A program made the position numbers and the translations under genes. The notes below the pieces were generated by a model that saw only the letters and a list, made by a program, of their open reading frames with translations, did not search any database and was not told the DNA's origin. A stretch of 64,000 nt of DNA, taken from assembly GCF_004010195.1 (NCBI RefSeq), contig NC_057719.1, forward strand, positions 64,860,819 to 64,924,818, in the 5' to 3' direction. Shown here piece by piece: positions 39,082-52,040 of the stretch (the stretch's first letter is position 1; each line of letters starts with the position of its first letter). The DNA is from Chiloscyllium plagiosum. Lineage: Eukaryota.

Positions 39082-39332
39082 TTAAGATGAGAAGAGAGAT
39101 TTAAAATGAGGTACAAATTCTTTACACAGAGGATGGTTCGTGTGTGGAATGAACTTCCTGAGGAAGTCGTGAATGTGGGTGCAGTTACAACATTTAAAAG
39201 ATACTTAGATAAAGTACATGAAAAGAAAAGTTTGGAGGAATGTGGGCCAGGAGCAACAGGTGGGATTAGTTTATCTTGGGATTATATTTGGACCGAAGGG
39301 TCTGTTTCCGTGCTGTATAACTGCGACTCTAT
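39082..39332 (+). mobile_element. HER1-related CR1 3' fragment
   Basis: ORF 39106..39387 (FFTQRMVRVWNELPEEVV..TFKRYLD). Confidence 0.85.
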
Positions 39333-39599
39333 AAAACAGAGCATGATACAACATGAGAAAGATTTAAAGGACATAATCTCAGAATAAGTTGCAGCCCATT
39401 TAAGAAGAGATGAGGAAGAATTTCTTTTAAGTGGAGAGAATCTGTGGAAATGCACTGATAATCTCACATTTTAAAATCAATTTTAGACAGAGCAAAATAC
39501 TATAAAATCCTTTATGTGGGTACAGCTTTCCTTATCTGCTAAAGTATTCCAAAAAGTGGTGGGCTAAGTGAAAATATGTTTTCCTAAAGAAATCACAAG

Positions 39600-40112
39600 G
39601 GTATTTTTTTTAATCCAGATTCATTCACAGGACTTAGGCATCGGAAGTTGGGTCAGCCCTTATTGTCCATCCCCAACTGCCTTTGAGATGGTAGTGATGA
39701 GCTGCCTTCTTGAACCACTGCAGTCCATTTGCTCTAGATTGACCCACAATGCTGTTGGGCAGGGTTGGCTTAGTGATGCTGAAGGAATGATGATGTGGTT
39801 CCAAGTCAAGATGGTGTGTGGTTTGGAGAAAATGTGCGAGTGGTGATAGTCTGTGTATCTGTTGCTTCCATCCTTCTAGGTGAAAGAGATCATGGGTTTG
39901 GAAGGTGCCTTTTATGGAATCTCAATGCATTGTTGCAGTGCCTGTTTGTAGATGGTACACACTGATGTCACTCTTCCTGACTGGAAAAGGGAGTGAATGC
40001 TGAAGGTGTTGGATGGCATGTCAATCCACCAGGCTGCATTGTTCATAATATTGACCTTCTTGAATGTTATTGGAGATGTACTCATACAGACAAGTAGAGA
40101 ATATGTTCCTGA
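39600..40112 (-). mobile_element. L2-like LINE 3' fragment
   Basis: attcattcacaggac..ttattgtccatcccc..gagctgccttcttgaaccactgcagtcc. Confidence 0.75.
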
Positions 40113-41639
40113 CCTATAATTTTTACATCAAAAATCTAATGCTTCTTTAAGGATAACGAGACCAAAAATCCTCCTCCTACTTAAAACTCTCTCTAATTGC
40201 AAACTACTCTTTCTATTTACTTGCCTTTCACTGCTTCCCATTAGCTGAGCAGCCTCTCAATATCTCTTGCTTTTTGCCCCTCTCTCAGCTCTCCTGCTCC
40301 TTCTGCTTGGTGCTTCCCTTTCCCGTCTCTCCATTTTGCTTTCTACTCATTCCCCCATGTTGCAGGACCCTCTCTCCCTCCTGCTGGCTATCTCTCTCTC
40401 CTATCCTTCTTATTGTTTCCCTTTCACCTCCCCTTTCCTGAGCTCTCATTTACATTGAAAAGAGTCAGTGGTTGAGAGAGATTGGGGTGTTCAGAGAGAT
40501 TGCAAGTTGAGAAGAAGAGAGGGGTTCAGAGGAGAAGAAGAGAGGGGTTCAAAGGAGGAGAAGAGAGTGAGAGGGAATGACAAGTTTGGAAGAGGTGGCA
40601 ACTGGGAAGCAGTGAGCAGTCAGGAGTGATTTATAAACAGGAAGGAATGAGGAGATCAAATGAGGTAGTGACTAAAACAGACTGAGCATGTGTAGTTACA
40701 ACACAGTTCTTGGCATACGCAGGAACTACACTAAAATATAAATGAAGCTTATAGGTTAGCAATGCTTTTAGAGTAAGTGCCCTAATTCACAAAGCACACT
40801 AAAACAAAATGATGCCATTGGAAAATACCTTATACATGGTATATCTGTATAGAGAAAGCTAATGTTCTACAAATATTGAATTAGTTTTTTAGAAGCAGAG
40901 ATGTTTCTAGCAGTCATTATAAACTTAGTTACATCTCATTCAACAAGGTTTTTTACAGGAGAGTAATAATGTAAAAAAGCAAGTTTTCTTTTGTTCACTG
41001 ATTTCCTTGATGAATTAGAGGCGTAAGACAAATTGTTCCTTGTTGTTTCAGGAAGGTGAGTTGCTGCCTGAACAACTTGGCGAGATATGAACTCCTGCTG
41101 GGAGCATGGTTCGCCGCTCCCCTTTCTCCTTCATTCAGTAGTTATGTTTCTGTACTCCCACTCCCACAGTAGTTACTGCTGAAGTATTTTCCCTAATGAC
41201 CACTTCTGGTTGCTTTTGGTATTTTCCAGTACTATGTGGTGCTGGGTAAAAGTTGCTTGAGGTAGTTTAACGCTACCAATCCTCCCTTTGTATTGGGCCA
41301 ATCCGGTGATTACAGATGTATTTGAAATGCGGTTTTCTACAGAAGAGGCACTGTTCTTCGATAACAAGAAGGTTTATTGCATGATAGCAATAAGTACAAC
41401 TATATTTGGGTCAGCATAATTATTAGAAGCTTTGCAAGCTGTTGTAAGTGTATCTTCCTCGGAACTTCCAGAGGAAGGATCGAGATCATAGCAGATTTTC
41501 CTTATGTTCATCTCAATTATTGTCACATCTTTCCCCAAAATAGTTATTGCAGGAGAAAATGACTTCGCTGGAAGACTTACAAACAGCATTGAATTTAGTA
41601 TATTTTCTAAACAATGAAATTTTGGTAGTTTGTTGGAGA

Positions 41640-42615
41640 AAATCATTAGGTGTGAGGATATGAAGGGAAACCTTCTTGTAGGGACAGACAATGTGACTAA
41701 AGTATTCAATGATTACTATTTATCTGTCTTCACAAAGCACGTGAATGTCATGAAGGTTTCATTATAGGCGAAGGAGGTTAAGGACTAGATCCTAAAAGAT
41801 AAGGATGTGTTAAAAAGCATTCATATAAAAATGGGTAAGTCTTCTGGTCCTGATGGCATCAGCAAAACTATAGTTAAATTAGTTAAATCAGCAAACTATA
41901 AACCAGTCAGATTAATATTCAAACTGGGCAAGTTGTTAGAAATCATTATCAGTGACAAAGAAAATTTCAATTTGAAATAACATGGATTAATCAAAGAAAA
42001 CCAGCACTGTTTTCGTAAAGGCAAATTGTGCCTGACTGCTTTGATTACTGATACAACATCAGTAATCCTGAGCAGAAAAACCTGATGTCTCCACTCTTCA
42101 AAAATGCTTCAAGTATTTCTTAGATTCTTTGGGGCAACTGATGAGGTTGATCAAGGTAATAAATATTGTGTATTTGGACTTTTGGAAGGCATTCGACAAA
42201 GTGCCACATGGAAGGCTTGTTGACAATGTTGGAGCGTGGAAGGGGAAAGTGGTTGCATGAAAATGAAATTGGCTCAGTGTAACTGAGGGTGATATTAAAT
42301 TAATGTTTTCTGATCAAGCAGTAATTTATAACAATGCTCCCCAGAGATTAGTTTTCGATTTATCATTTTAATTTTTCATCAATAACTAAGACTCGTGTAT
42401 AATGAAAACCATTGTAAAGTTAGCGGATGATATAAAACTAGGTAACATAGTAATTGCTGATGTTGGTATTAGTGGACTTTGGGATGATATTGACAGGATG
42501 GTGAAACATCATTGAGAGAATTCGGTACAGTGTATGGGTGGTTATGGAAGACAGTCATTATTTTGATATATGTAGGCGAGCAGAAAAAACCTGATGTCTC
42601 CATTCATATAACAAG
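41640..42615 (+). mobile_element. Very old CR1 ORF2 fragment
   Basis: Decayed NYKPV, QH.F.KGKLCLT, DF.KAFDKVPH and ADDIKL motifs. Confidence 0.75.
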
Positions 42616-44029
42616 AATAATTTAAGTGAGAACAATTAAATAAATAAACTCGAACTACAAATTCTTAACTCGTAAAAGTGTGTCTTTTTTTCACTGCATC
42701 TAGATTACCTTGCCTAATTTAATTCCATTCATTTGATAGTGTGTATTATAGCCCTGACAAACCTAGGGGAGAGCCATTTTCTTGCTGTTTAGTTTAATGT
42801 CTCTAGTGCTTTTAAGAAATATCTTTCGCATGAGGAAGGGATTAAGCAAGAAAACAGGCTATTAAGCCTGATTGGCAATGGAGGAATAGAGGACATTGGT
42901 GCACTTAGTAGAAGCAGGCATTCTCAAGCATTGAACCTAATTCTTTTCCCAGAGGGTTGTTAGCTGCTGGAATATGTTGCCAGTGCGCAGTGAATGTGAA
43001 CTTATTGTTTTTTTATGAAAAGGAACCCACGTTCCTGAGATTCACGGACATTTCTAGTCATAGAAGGCAGGTCGGCCAACTCAGATTAGTGATAACTGTA
43101 ACTACAGTCTCCAGGAACATATTTGATTGCTTTTGGGGATGGAGAGTGATTTCTCAGTTGGTTTATAAATTGTTCTAAGGTTTTTCCTTTGTTTGGTTTT
43201 CATGGTTATTTGAAGGGATAGAAGAAGTTGATGGCACTTCTGCATTACACAACATCAGGATGGAACTGCTAATTTCTTTTCCTGTCCTCCTTTGTATATT
43301 CAGGTGTTGATAATTTATAATATCCGAGGTACCACAGGAAACTCAGCAGATAATGAATGCCAAGTGACATTCACATCTGAAGAATGAATCACATTTAAAA
43401 AAAATCCTTGTAGATTGCTATTGTTGTCTTATGACAATTGTTGATGCAAGAATTGGCAGATAGATCAATTCAATATGCTGATTATTTAATTCTCACTGAG
43501 ATCTCTCAAATATTTATATAATGTTTCTATAAAACTTTCTATTTTAAAAACACAATGTAAATATATTGTGAATGAGGGTTTTAAAATTGAAAAAAAGTCT
43601 TTTTTTTTGCTTCTGCTTTAGTTGTGGCTACAGCATAGACTGATATCTGTTTTCCAAAGACATTTATATGGTTTGGACTACCGGATATAGTCATCCTGAC
43701 AATAAAAACTTTTAAAATGGAAATCATCTAAAAATTGATCTTGAGGACTTCAAATGATAGAATGATGTGAGTATTTTCTTTAGTAGCTTGGTTCATTGGG
43801 GAATTGTCCTTGGCAGAAATATTAATGATGTAGTGCATTGGAATTTTAATCTGTGTGCATGTGTTTGGAGAAATATATACAGTTTATTGCTGGGATGATT
43901 GTAGCCATGTGACTGCTACTGTAAGTTCCTCCGTGGCAGCATTAGGTACATCATCTGAAATATAATGTCAGGAATAAAAAGTATGAATTTTCAGAGCTAG
44001 AAGAGGACAAGTTGCTGTGAAAAAAATAG

Positions 44030-46350
44030 CAAGGGATGTCCAATTGAAAATGTGTAAATTTCAGACCTGCGATATAGCCAGACAAGTAACCAAATAGTAG
44101 TCTGCAACTTTGATTTGTTGGATGAGTTAAAATGGCTGTCTGTTTTCCACTTCTTGCTACTGTGGAAATTAAAGGAGGTATGAGACAAAATTTAAATATT
44201 TTCTACACCCCCATACCCAAAGAGCTTGGCAGAATTATTTTTAAAATCTGATACTGTTACTGGTAACACTGCTGGGGAAAATGTGATACAAGATATATGC
44301 ATTCTAGATCTCACTGAAGAGTATAAAAGTGAAACTGCAGAAATTTTGAATACACACTTTGAACTCCATATTAATTTTACTTATAAACCATATTTGTTCA
44401 ACATTAGAATTCAGGGAGGTGGGAAACTTTTAATTATACAGCACTGAAATACCTAGCTCAATCCTGTAAGTTTGAACAACTGAAAGATATCATCATAAGA
44501 TAGGATTGGTTTAGGCATGAGGGATCCTGCTGAGAGAGCATGTCTGCTGTGAGAAGAGAAATCTTTGCTTAATCTTTCAACATGTATGTAAGCTCTGACA
44601 TTTTCAATCATCAGCTAAAGTGTATTACTGCGCTAGCTGTATTGTGCTGACAGCTATTCCAAAGTGAATGAGAACAACTTATAGGAAATAAAATGGAAGA
44701 AATATTTGCAGTAAAGAGATCAAAAAAATCGAGGCTAGAGAGCTCGTGGTAGATATTCCAGAAGATATCGCATAAAGGAAATGGAGCATACCTAGTGTGT
44801 GGGAAACAGTCTCTAACTACAAGAAGCTGAATCTTATTGCATGCAAGTGCTTAACTAGAAAAGCAAAACAAGCCTATTAAAATGGCTGCTGGAGAAATGT
44901 CAGTCGATGATTCTAATGAAACAGTTTACACAATGCAACAGGTTGGCAGCATCAGGTCTAATGGTGATAAATCGTTGGGACTGTTGAAATGATGACTGCG
45001 GAAGGAAAGCATTGAGTAAATGTCCGGTGCTTCGTGCAATATTGTGAGCTTCACAGTTTGTGCAAATTTGTTCAAGATGGTGACAACAATGAAGCCATTG
45101 GAAATAAGGTTAAGGCCATCTGATAGAGTGACATTCATTTCAGAGGGGAAGCAACGATGGAAGTCCTCTGCAACAGGAAGAAAGAAAATCTGGACTTCTA
45201 ATTGGTAGATAACAACAGTAGCAAAACCCACCTGTCTGAGCTGAAGTCAGTCTAAATCTTGGACTAATAACCATTAAGTGCCAGAAAATATTTGTAACAA
45301 TTTGGAATCCATCCAGCCATTGATTACTGAAGAGAACCTGAAAGATTCTAAGCTATTTTTTACAGGCCTTGGATGATTTCCTGATCAATAATGTATCTAA
45401 TCAGATGAGTTTGAAAGAAAAATTCAGCATCTACTGAGGAGAATTCCCATGTCCTAAAGTCCACCTGAAGGAGAGCACAGGTGCGCTGGGGAAGAAGGGA
45501 GTAATTGAACAAGTAGCAACTTCTGGATTTGCAACATGGTAATTGTTAAAAAGTCTGTGCATAGATCTAACGGGGCTGGAAACACCTGGATCTCTCGGCC
45601 TATACCACAATGGAATTTTACTGCAACTTGCTAAAGCAAAGATCTTTAATAACCTCAAAATGAAGGATAATTACTGTAAAGGGAAGCTAGATGAAAGCAG
45701 CAGCTTTCTAATTTTATTTAGAATGCCAAATGGGGACTACAAATGGTTTTGCATGCTTTTTGACATTTCTTTTGTTCCAGAAGCATGCTAACATTGTATG
45801 ACACAATAAATAATCTTCCTGGGGTGGAAGCTATTACAGATGATCTATTTTACGAACATGGAAACACAATGGAAGAATTTATTGCAGACCACATCAGAAG
45901 CTAATGCAACTACTGGAGAGAGCTTGCCAGATAAACCTGATGGTGAACAATCGGAGGATGCAATTGGAGGTCCAGAAGTCTAGTATCGAGGTCATGTACT
46001 ACTGGGGAATTGCTTTGCCCAGATCTTGACAAGGTAAGAGCTGGACCAGCGGTACAACAATGTAGTAGTGATTTGTTGGACTCATGAACTACTTACAACA
46101 TTCTAATTTATCATCAGAATGTGAACTTCTTTGCAATGTCATTGCTACTTAGAGGGGCACAAAAAAGAAGCAGCTTTAACTAGAATCAAACAAATATAGT
46201 GGTAACAACACTATGCTGAAGTACTAGAATGTCAATGATGAGGTCAATTTGCAGTGTATAGTCAGCGGGGCAAGACTTGGAACAATCCTTATGCAGCAAG
46301 GATAACTATTTGCATTTGCATCCAGAGATCAAACACACACTAAATGATGC
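44030..46350 (+). mobile_element. Decayed Gypsy/Ty3 gag-pol remnant (gag, zinc knuckle, RT, start of RNase H)
   Basis: gag-like HFELHINFTYKPYLFNIRIQ (ORF 44226) and RIGLGMRD. RT-like KGVIEQV..NMVIVKK, LCID, LAKAKIF, KLDESSSFL..F.MPNGDYKW..M.FDIS, GVEAITDDL. RNase H-like LGTILMQQG..FAFASR. Many stops and frameshifts. Confidence 0.82.
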
Positions 46351-47781
46351 TATCCTATTCTCTTTGCTTATGATTATTTCAATTCATAACCGTTTGGGAT
46401 AGACAAAGTTACAATGGAATACATATGGGCATATGAAAGAGAAGCAGAAGTAGGCCATTTGGCCCCTCAAGTCTGCTTTGCCTTTCAATAAGATCCCTAC
46501 TCTCCTGAGATTATATTAATAAGAAACAGGAGCTTTTCTAAGAGTGGATATTGATAGAGCTTTTTTTAACTTGCAAGTGATATGTTTTAACAGTCCATAT
46601 TAAAATATCAGTTAAGAAGGGTGATTTTATGTAAGTATCCTTACTCTGCTCTTGGGATTTATTAATTTATTTTCATGATGCTAGTTAGCCCTGTTCAATT
46701 ACTGATACCAGATACATAATCCTCACTTGATCTATCACACAGAGTTATTTCTACACGTCATCATGAATGTATGGGGCTTACTTGATAATCTTAATTCTTT
46801 ATTGTTGAGAGCATTGAGAGCAAGGAACATAGTTATTATTCTCAGAATGATACAACTGCAGGCATCATGTTGGCAGTGAGAACAGGAAATAAATAATCCA
46901 TCACGGCCACTTCATTTAATGTCAGCGTGACACAGGAAGTGTGTTCCTAAATGGGCATCTTTACCTTTAACATTAGAGTGTATGACTCTAGGGGAGAAAA
47001 ATTCTTCTTAATTGACATCAGTTTGGGATATTATGCTGGGTGTTTATAGCAAAACAAAAATGGCTATTTTCCAGCTAGCCAATAGCAAGTAACTTAAGCA
47101 TCTTTTATTGTCAGAATCGAGCAGAAGCTGAGTGGATGTTCCAGTCAAAACGTTTTACTGTATCTGTCAAAGAAACTCAAACATAGTTTAAACTAATCAG
47201 TATTACTTCCATTGAAAGCAACTGAAATTCCTTTGAGAGTCTAGGAAACTATTGTGCTGCAAAAATTTAATCTTTGAAGATTTACTGTAGATTTGAATCA
47301 ATGTTGTTAGCTTTCTGAGGATATGAATTGATCCGACCACTGGATAACTCTGGCAAATGTGGAATGTGGAATAACCCTGACAATCTTAAAAACAGCAAGC
47401 TATCAACAGGAGGGTCATGACTTAAGAACAGTTAACTGAATTAGGCCACATGCAGCATAAAACATTTTGAAGTTTGGTAAGAAACCATAATATTTCATTT
47501 TATGAAGTAAGCTGCACCCTAACATGAATTATGCTACTGGAAACCATAGCATCATAGTGCAGTGAGGGTTTTCTCTCATACAAAGAAAACTTGGCCAAAC
47601 TTTACCCAAGTAAAGGTTCTGAGTGCATATGCTTTTCCAATTGATAATAAAATATTATTGCTATTGTTACATCATTTTAAACATGGAATTATGTTTCATA
47701 AAATTATAGCATTCTATTTATGGTAGGCTTTAGATAAGTACGAAATAAGAAAAAAAAGTATGAGATAAGCTTGGTGGCAAG

Positions 47782-48993
47782 TCTACCCAAGGTCTCCATC
47801 CGTTTCTTTTCTTCTTCTTCTCTCTTTTCGTGTGTTTTTTTTTAGCTTTTCTACATATCTCCCATCCTCAGACGGCATTGATGGTGGTGTGGGACTTGAG
47901 GTGAAGTTCAGTGGCAGATTTAATGTGAAGCCCAGTGGGGACTCCTGGCCTTGAGGTGAAGCCCATCTCGGACCTATCTGCTCCTTTCTCTGCTTTAGAA
48001 GGATTGCAAATCTCAACTTTTAACTTTTTTAAATTTATTCATTTTGTGGGATGTGAGTGTCACTGTCTGGCCAGCATTTATTGCCCATCCCTAGTTGCCC
48101 TTGTGAAGGTGGTGGTGAGCTGCCTGCTTGAACTGCTGCAGTCCAGCTGCTGTGAGTTGACCCACAATGCTATTAGGGAGGGAATTCTAGGATCTTGACC
48201 CAGCGACAGTGAAGGAATGGTGATATATTTCCAAGTCAGGATGGTGAATGGTTTGGAGGGGATCATGAAAGTGGTGGTGCTCATATCTGCTGCCCTTGTC
48301 CTTCTAGAAGAGAGTGGTTGTGGATTTGGAAGGTGCTGTCTGAGGATTTTCAGTGAATTTTTGTAATGTATCTTGTAGATAGTACACACTGCCACCGCTG
48401 TCGCTGATGAAGGGAGTGGATGCATGTGGATGCGGTGCCAATCAAGTGGGCTGCTTTGTCCTGGATGGTGTCAAGTTTCTTGAGTGTTGTTGGGGCTGCG
48501 TTCATCCAGGCAACTGGGGAGTATTCCATCACACTCCTGATTTGTGCCTTATGGTTGGTAGACAGGCTTTAGGGAATCAGGAGATGAGTTACTTGCCACA
48601 GTATTCCGAGCCTCTGACCTGCTTTTGTAACCACTGTGTTTATGCAGTGAGTCCAGTTGACTTTCTGATCAATGATAACTCGCAGGATGTTGAAAGTGGG
48701 GGATTCAGTGATTCAGATAACACCATTGAATGTCAAGAGGTGGTGGTTAGATTGTCTCGTTGGTGTGGCCATAGTCTGTCATTTGTGTGGTGCAAATCAT
48801 ACTTGCCACTATACTTGGACACAGGCTGCTTCAGTATCTGAGGAGTTGCTGAACATTTTCTAATGTATAACAAAGATTTTGTACTGCGGTACATTTGTAC
48901 CTAAGGCAGTGTCTGAAATGGTGACTTTGTGCACTTTTCACTTACTCATTTATCCCTGTACATGTGACAATAAAACCTAATTCTAATTCTAAT
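47782..48993 (+). mobile_element. Unclassified retroposon (5' part 47782-48020, 3' tail 48870-48993), apparently split by an L2-like insert
   Basis: Repeated cttgaggtgaag motif; tail catgtgacaataaaacctaattctaattctaa. Confidence 0.45.
48030..48860 (-). mobile_element. L2-like LINE 3' fragment
   Basis: ORFs 48350..48532 (MEYSPVAWMNAAPTTLKKLDTIQDKAAHLIG) and 48078..48425. Confidence 0.85.
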
Positions 48994-49450
48994 CCCAGAT
49001 CATATTATAAGAGAGTAGACTCGTAGAAGTCACATTTACAGAAGAAATTGTGTTGTTTTAAAGGGAGCTATCTGAATGGGACATAATGGGATTAAGAGAA
49101 TTATGAAATAGTGTGAAATTGACATTGAAAGATATGATGCTTATATATGTGTGTAACAACATGCCTAGCAGGCCAAAAGAGGGCTAAACAGACTACTGCA
49201 TGTCTTATGCTCATGTGCTTATTTCTACCAGAAATAGAATGGTGAAGATTTTGCTGCGATTTAATATTAACCCAGAAAAATTTTGAACTATTTCAAACTA
49301 TTTTCACTGTTCATCTTTTTCCACGGGCAACAATTGGACAGTAATTACAAAGGCATCATCTGTGTTCAGCTCTACTTCAGATTTTTTTTGTTCTTTAGCT
49401 ACATCTAATGCACCTTTGAACATCTGTTGACCAAATCAATATTTCCTATT

Positions 49451-49578
49451 GCTGAGTTTGACCCGAAATGTTAACTCTGATTTCAGTCCACAGATGCTAT
49501 TAGACCTGCTGAGTTTTTCCAGCAATTTATGTTTTTGTATCTGATTTACAGCATCCACCATTCTTGCAGTTTTTATTA
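49451..49578 (+). mobile_element. PLE terminus subfamily 2, 13-bp TSD
   Basis: TSD aatatttcctatt at 49438-49450 and 49579-49591; starts within stem II (gacccgaaatgttaact). Confidence 0.8.
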
Positions 49579-49829
49579 AATATTTCCTATTCACCATGAG
49601 ACCTGAATAACATAAATTGTTTTGGGAATTCTACAGACTTCTATGTGAGAACTGCTCTGAAAGTAAAAGAAAACCAAATGTTAGAAACCAGTTTAACAAA
49701 GGTTATAGATTAATTATTTATGTTTACTGTGGCTTAAAATATATATCTTATTTTGAGAATTGCAAACCCCCTTCAACATAAGCTATCACACAAAGTCAAA
49801 CTTTGGAAAAGTATTTCAATATTTTCTCA

Positions 49830-50185
49830 AGTTTAACACAGGATGCATGTTCCTGATGGCCAGGGAAGTCCAGAACCAAGTGTCACAGTCTAAGGATATG
49901 GATGGGCCATTTCAGACTGAGGTAAGGAGAAGTTTCTTCCCCCAGAGTGTTGAACCCATAGAATCCTTTGATCTGGAAAGTGATTGAGACCAAAATATCA
50001 CATGTTTTGAACAAGGAATTAGAGATATTTCTTAGGACTAAAGGCATCAAATGATTTGGGGAACAATGTGGGGAAAAGGCCACTGAGTTGGATGATCAGT
50101 TAAGATCATATTGAAGGATCAGGCTGATCCTCAGACTAGTCTCAAAGAGCCAAATGGCTCTGATTTTGTATGTTTCTATGTTCAT
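49830..50185 (+). mobile_element. Old CR1 3' fragment
   Basis: gtccagaaccaag..ccatttcagactgaggtaaggagaagtttcttc..ttgtatgtttctatgtt tail. Confidence 0.75.
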
Positions 50186-51309
50186 GTGATGACAGAGTCA
50201 CACGTATTGCTTCATTTATTTCCCTGGTTAGGTGATGATAGTGCTGCATCATGAGTTGCTACTGTTATGAGTTTTCAACTCTGTGTTTTCTTGGTGCTTT
50301 AGATGGTACTTAGAACCAGCTATATTATCTTTGAGAGATAATCCAGAAGCTTGGACATTTATCCTGGTTCTAATCCATATATTTACTTCAGTTTCTCCAA
50401 ATGTCATGCTGAGATTCAACCTCATTGGGTAGCTAGTCACATAGGTTGGATGTCTTATGAAGCAGGGCTTATCAGCTGGAGAATACCTGGATCTAAGAGG
50501 ATCTTTTATTGGGATTCTCAGCAAGTAATGAACCAGACCTGAATTTTGTTCCCTTTTTTTCTTCTTATTGGCAAAATTCTAGACATTTGAAATAATCAGT
50601 GCTCACCAGAGTAGTGGACAGAACTGCAGAAAAACAGGAAGATTCCTTGATCTGATCTGGTGTATTGAAGCTCAAAATGTATTTGTGCTGCTCAGTGATA
50701 TGCTGTACTCACATCTACCAAATTTCCCAGCATATACTTGGAGACTGTATCAGATAGCTTGACATTGTGGTATAAATAGTTAATGTTTTGTGCTTTATAT
50801 ATCTCCTTTGGTAAAATAAATTTGTATTTCACCTTTTATTTGTTCAGACACTTGATGAAAAGTTTGACAAAATGAGAGCTCAGTAATATAGAACAGTGTT
50901 GTACAACTGAACAGCAAATCTAATTAAGAATTAGTGCATTCATGTTTTTCCTTTTAATTTTCCTTAGTTGTTAGTGTTTCATGATAGATCAGAACCCTAA
51001 TGTATTCAGAGAATTTTTTGCTTTAAATTCCAAAATGAGTTGTTTTTAAGAGGAAGACTGCCACAGAAAAATTACAGATTGAGTTCAGTGACTGCCCGGC
51101 AAAGTCCTGTAAGAAGACGATGGAGTGTCGCACACATAAATTATCATGAAACTTCAGATGAGTGACTCAAAGGGGCAGAGACAATGAAAGGGTTGACTAT
51201 CTCTCCCTTGCTACAGAAAACCATCTTTTGTAGGGAGGTTTGTTTATCCTCTAGGAATACATAAAGACAAGGGTTTAAAAGCCAGTCTTAATGCTACTGG
51301 CATCAGATA

Positions 51310-52040
51310 TGTGTCAGGCCATGGCCAAGAGAGAATTTAACTCGTGTTCCTTGATATTCAATCGTATTGTAATCACTAAAACCCCATTACTAATGTTGTG
51401 GGGGTTACTGTTAACCACAAACTAAACTGGACTAGTCACAGGTCAGAGGCTAGGAATCTGGCAGTGGGTAACGTACCTTCTGACACCCCAAAACCTGTCC
51501 ACCACCTACAAATCGTAAGTCAAGAACTTGATGGAATACTCTTCATGTGCCTGGAGGAGTGCAGCCCAACAGCACTCAAGAAGCATCATCCAGGATAAAT
51601 CAGCCCGCTTAATTGGCACCACATTGACAAACATTCACTCCCTCCACCACCAATAGCAGCAGTGTGTACCATCTACATGATTCACTATAGAAATTCATCC
51701 CTTCGACAGCACCTTCCAAACCAATGACTGCTACTATCTAGAAGGAGAAGGGCTGCAGATACATAGCAACATCACCACCTACATGTTCCTTTCCACGCCA
51801 TTCAATATCATGTCTTGGAAATATATTGCCATTCCTCAGTGTCACTGCATCAAAATCCTGTTACTACCACCACCTCTCCTCACCACAGCCCTCCCCAAGT
51901 GCCATTGTAAATTTACTTACAGCACACAGACGGCAGTGATACAAGAAGGCAGCTCACTGTCACCTTCTCAAGCACAACTAGGGTTTGGCAATGAATGCTG
52001 GCCAAGCCAGCAACACATCCCATGATTGAATTTGAAAAAA
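51310..52040 (+). mobile_element. L2-like LINE 3' fragment
   Basis: GVTVNHKLNWTSH motif; 3' end gcaatgaatgctggcc..acatcccatgattgaa. Confidence 0.8.

Noticed and set aside
41079..41115. Hairpin containing AUGA as a SECIS element or Pol III RNA
   Set aside because: Lacks the opposing GA of the SECIS quartet and the correct helix length; no proper A/B boxes or terminator
17480..46350. The two Gypsy remnants as halves of one element separated by an inversion
   Set aside because: Both contain their own gag and zinc-knuckle regions, so they are independent insertions
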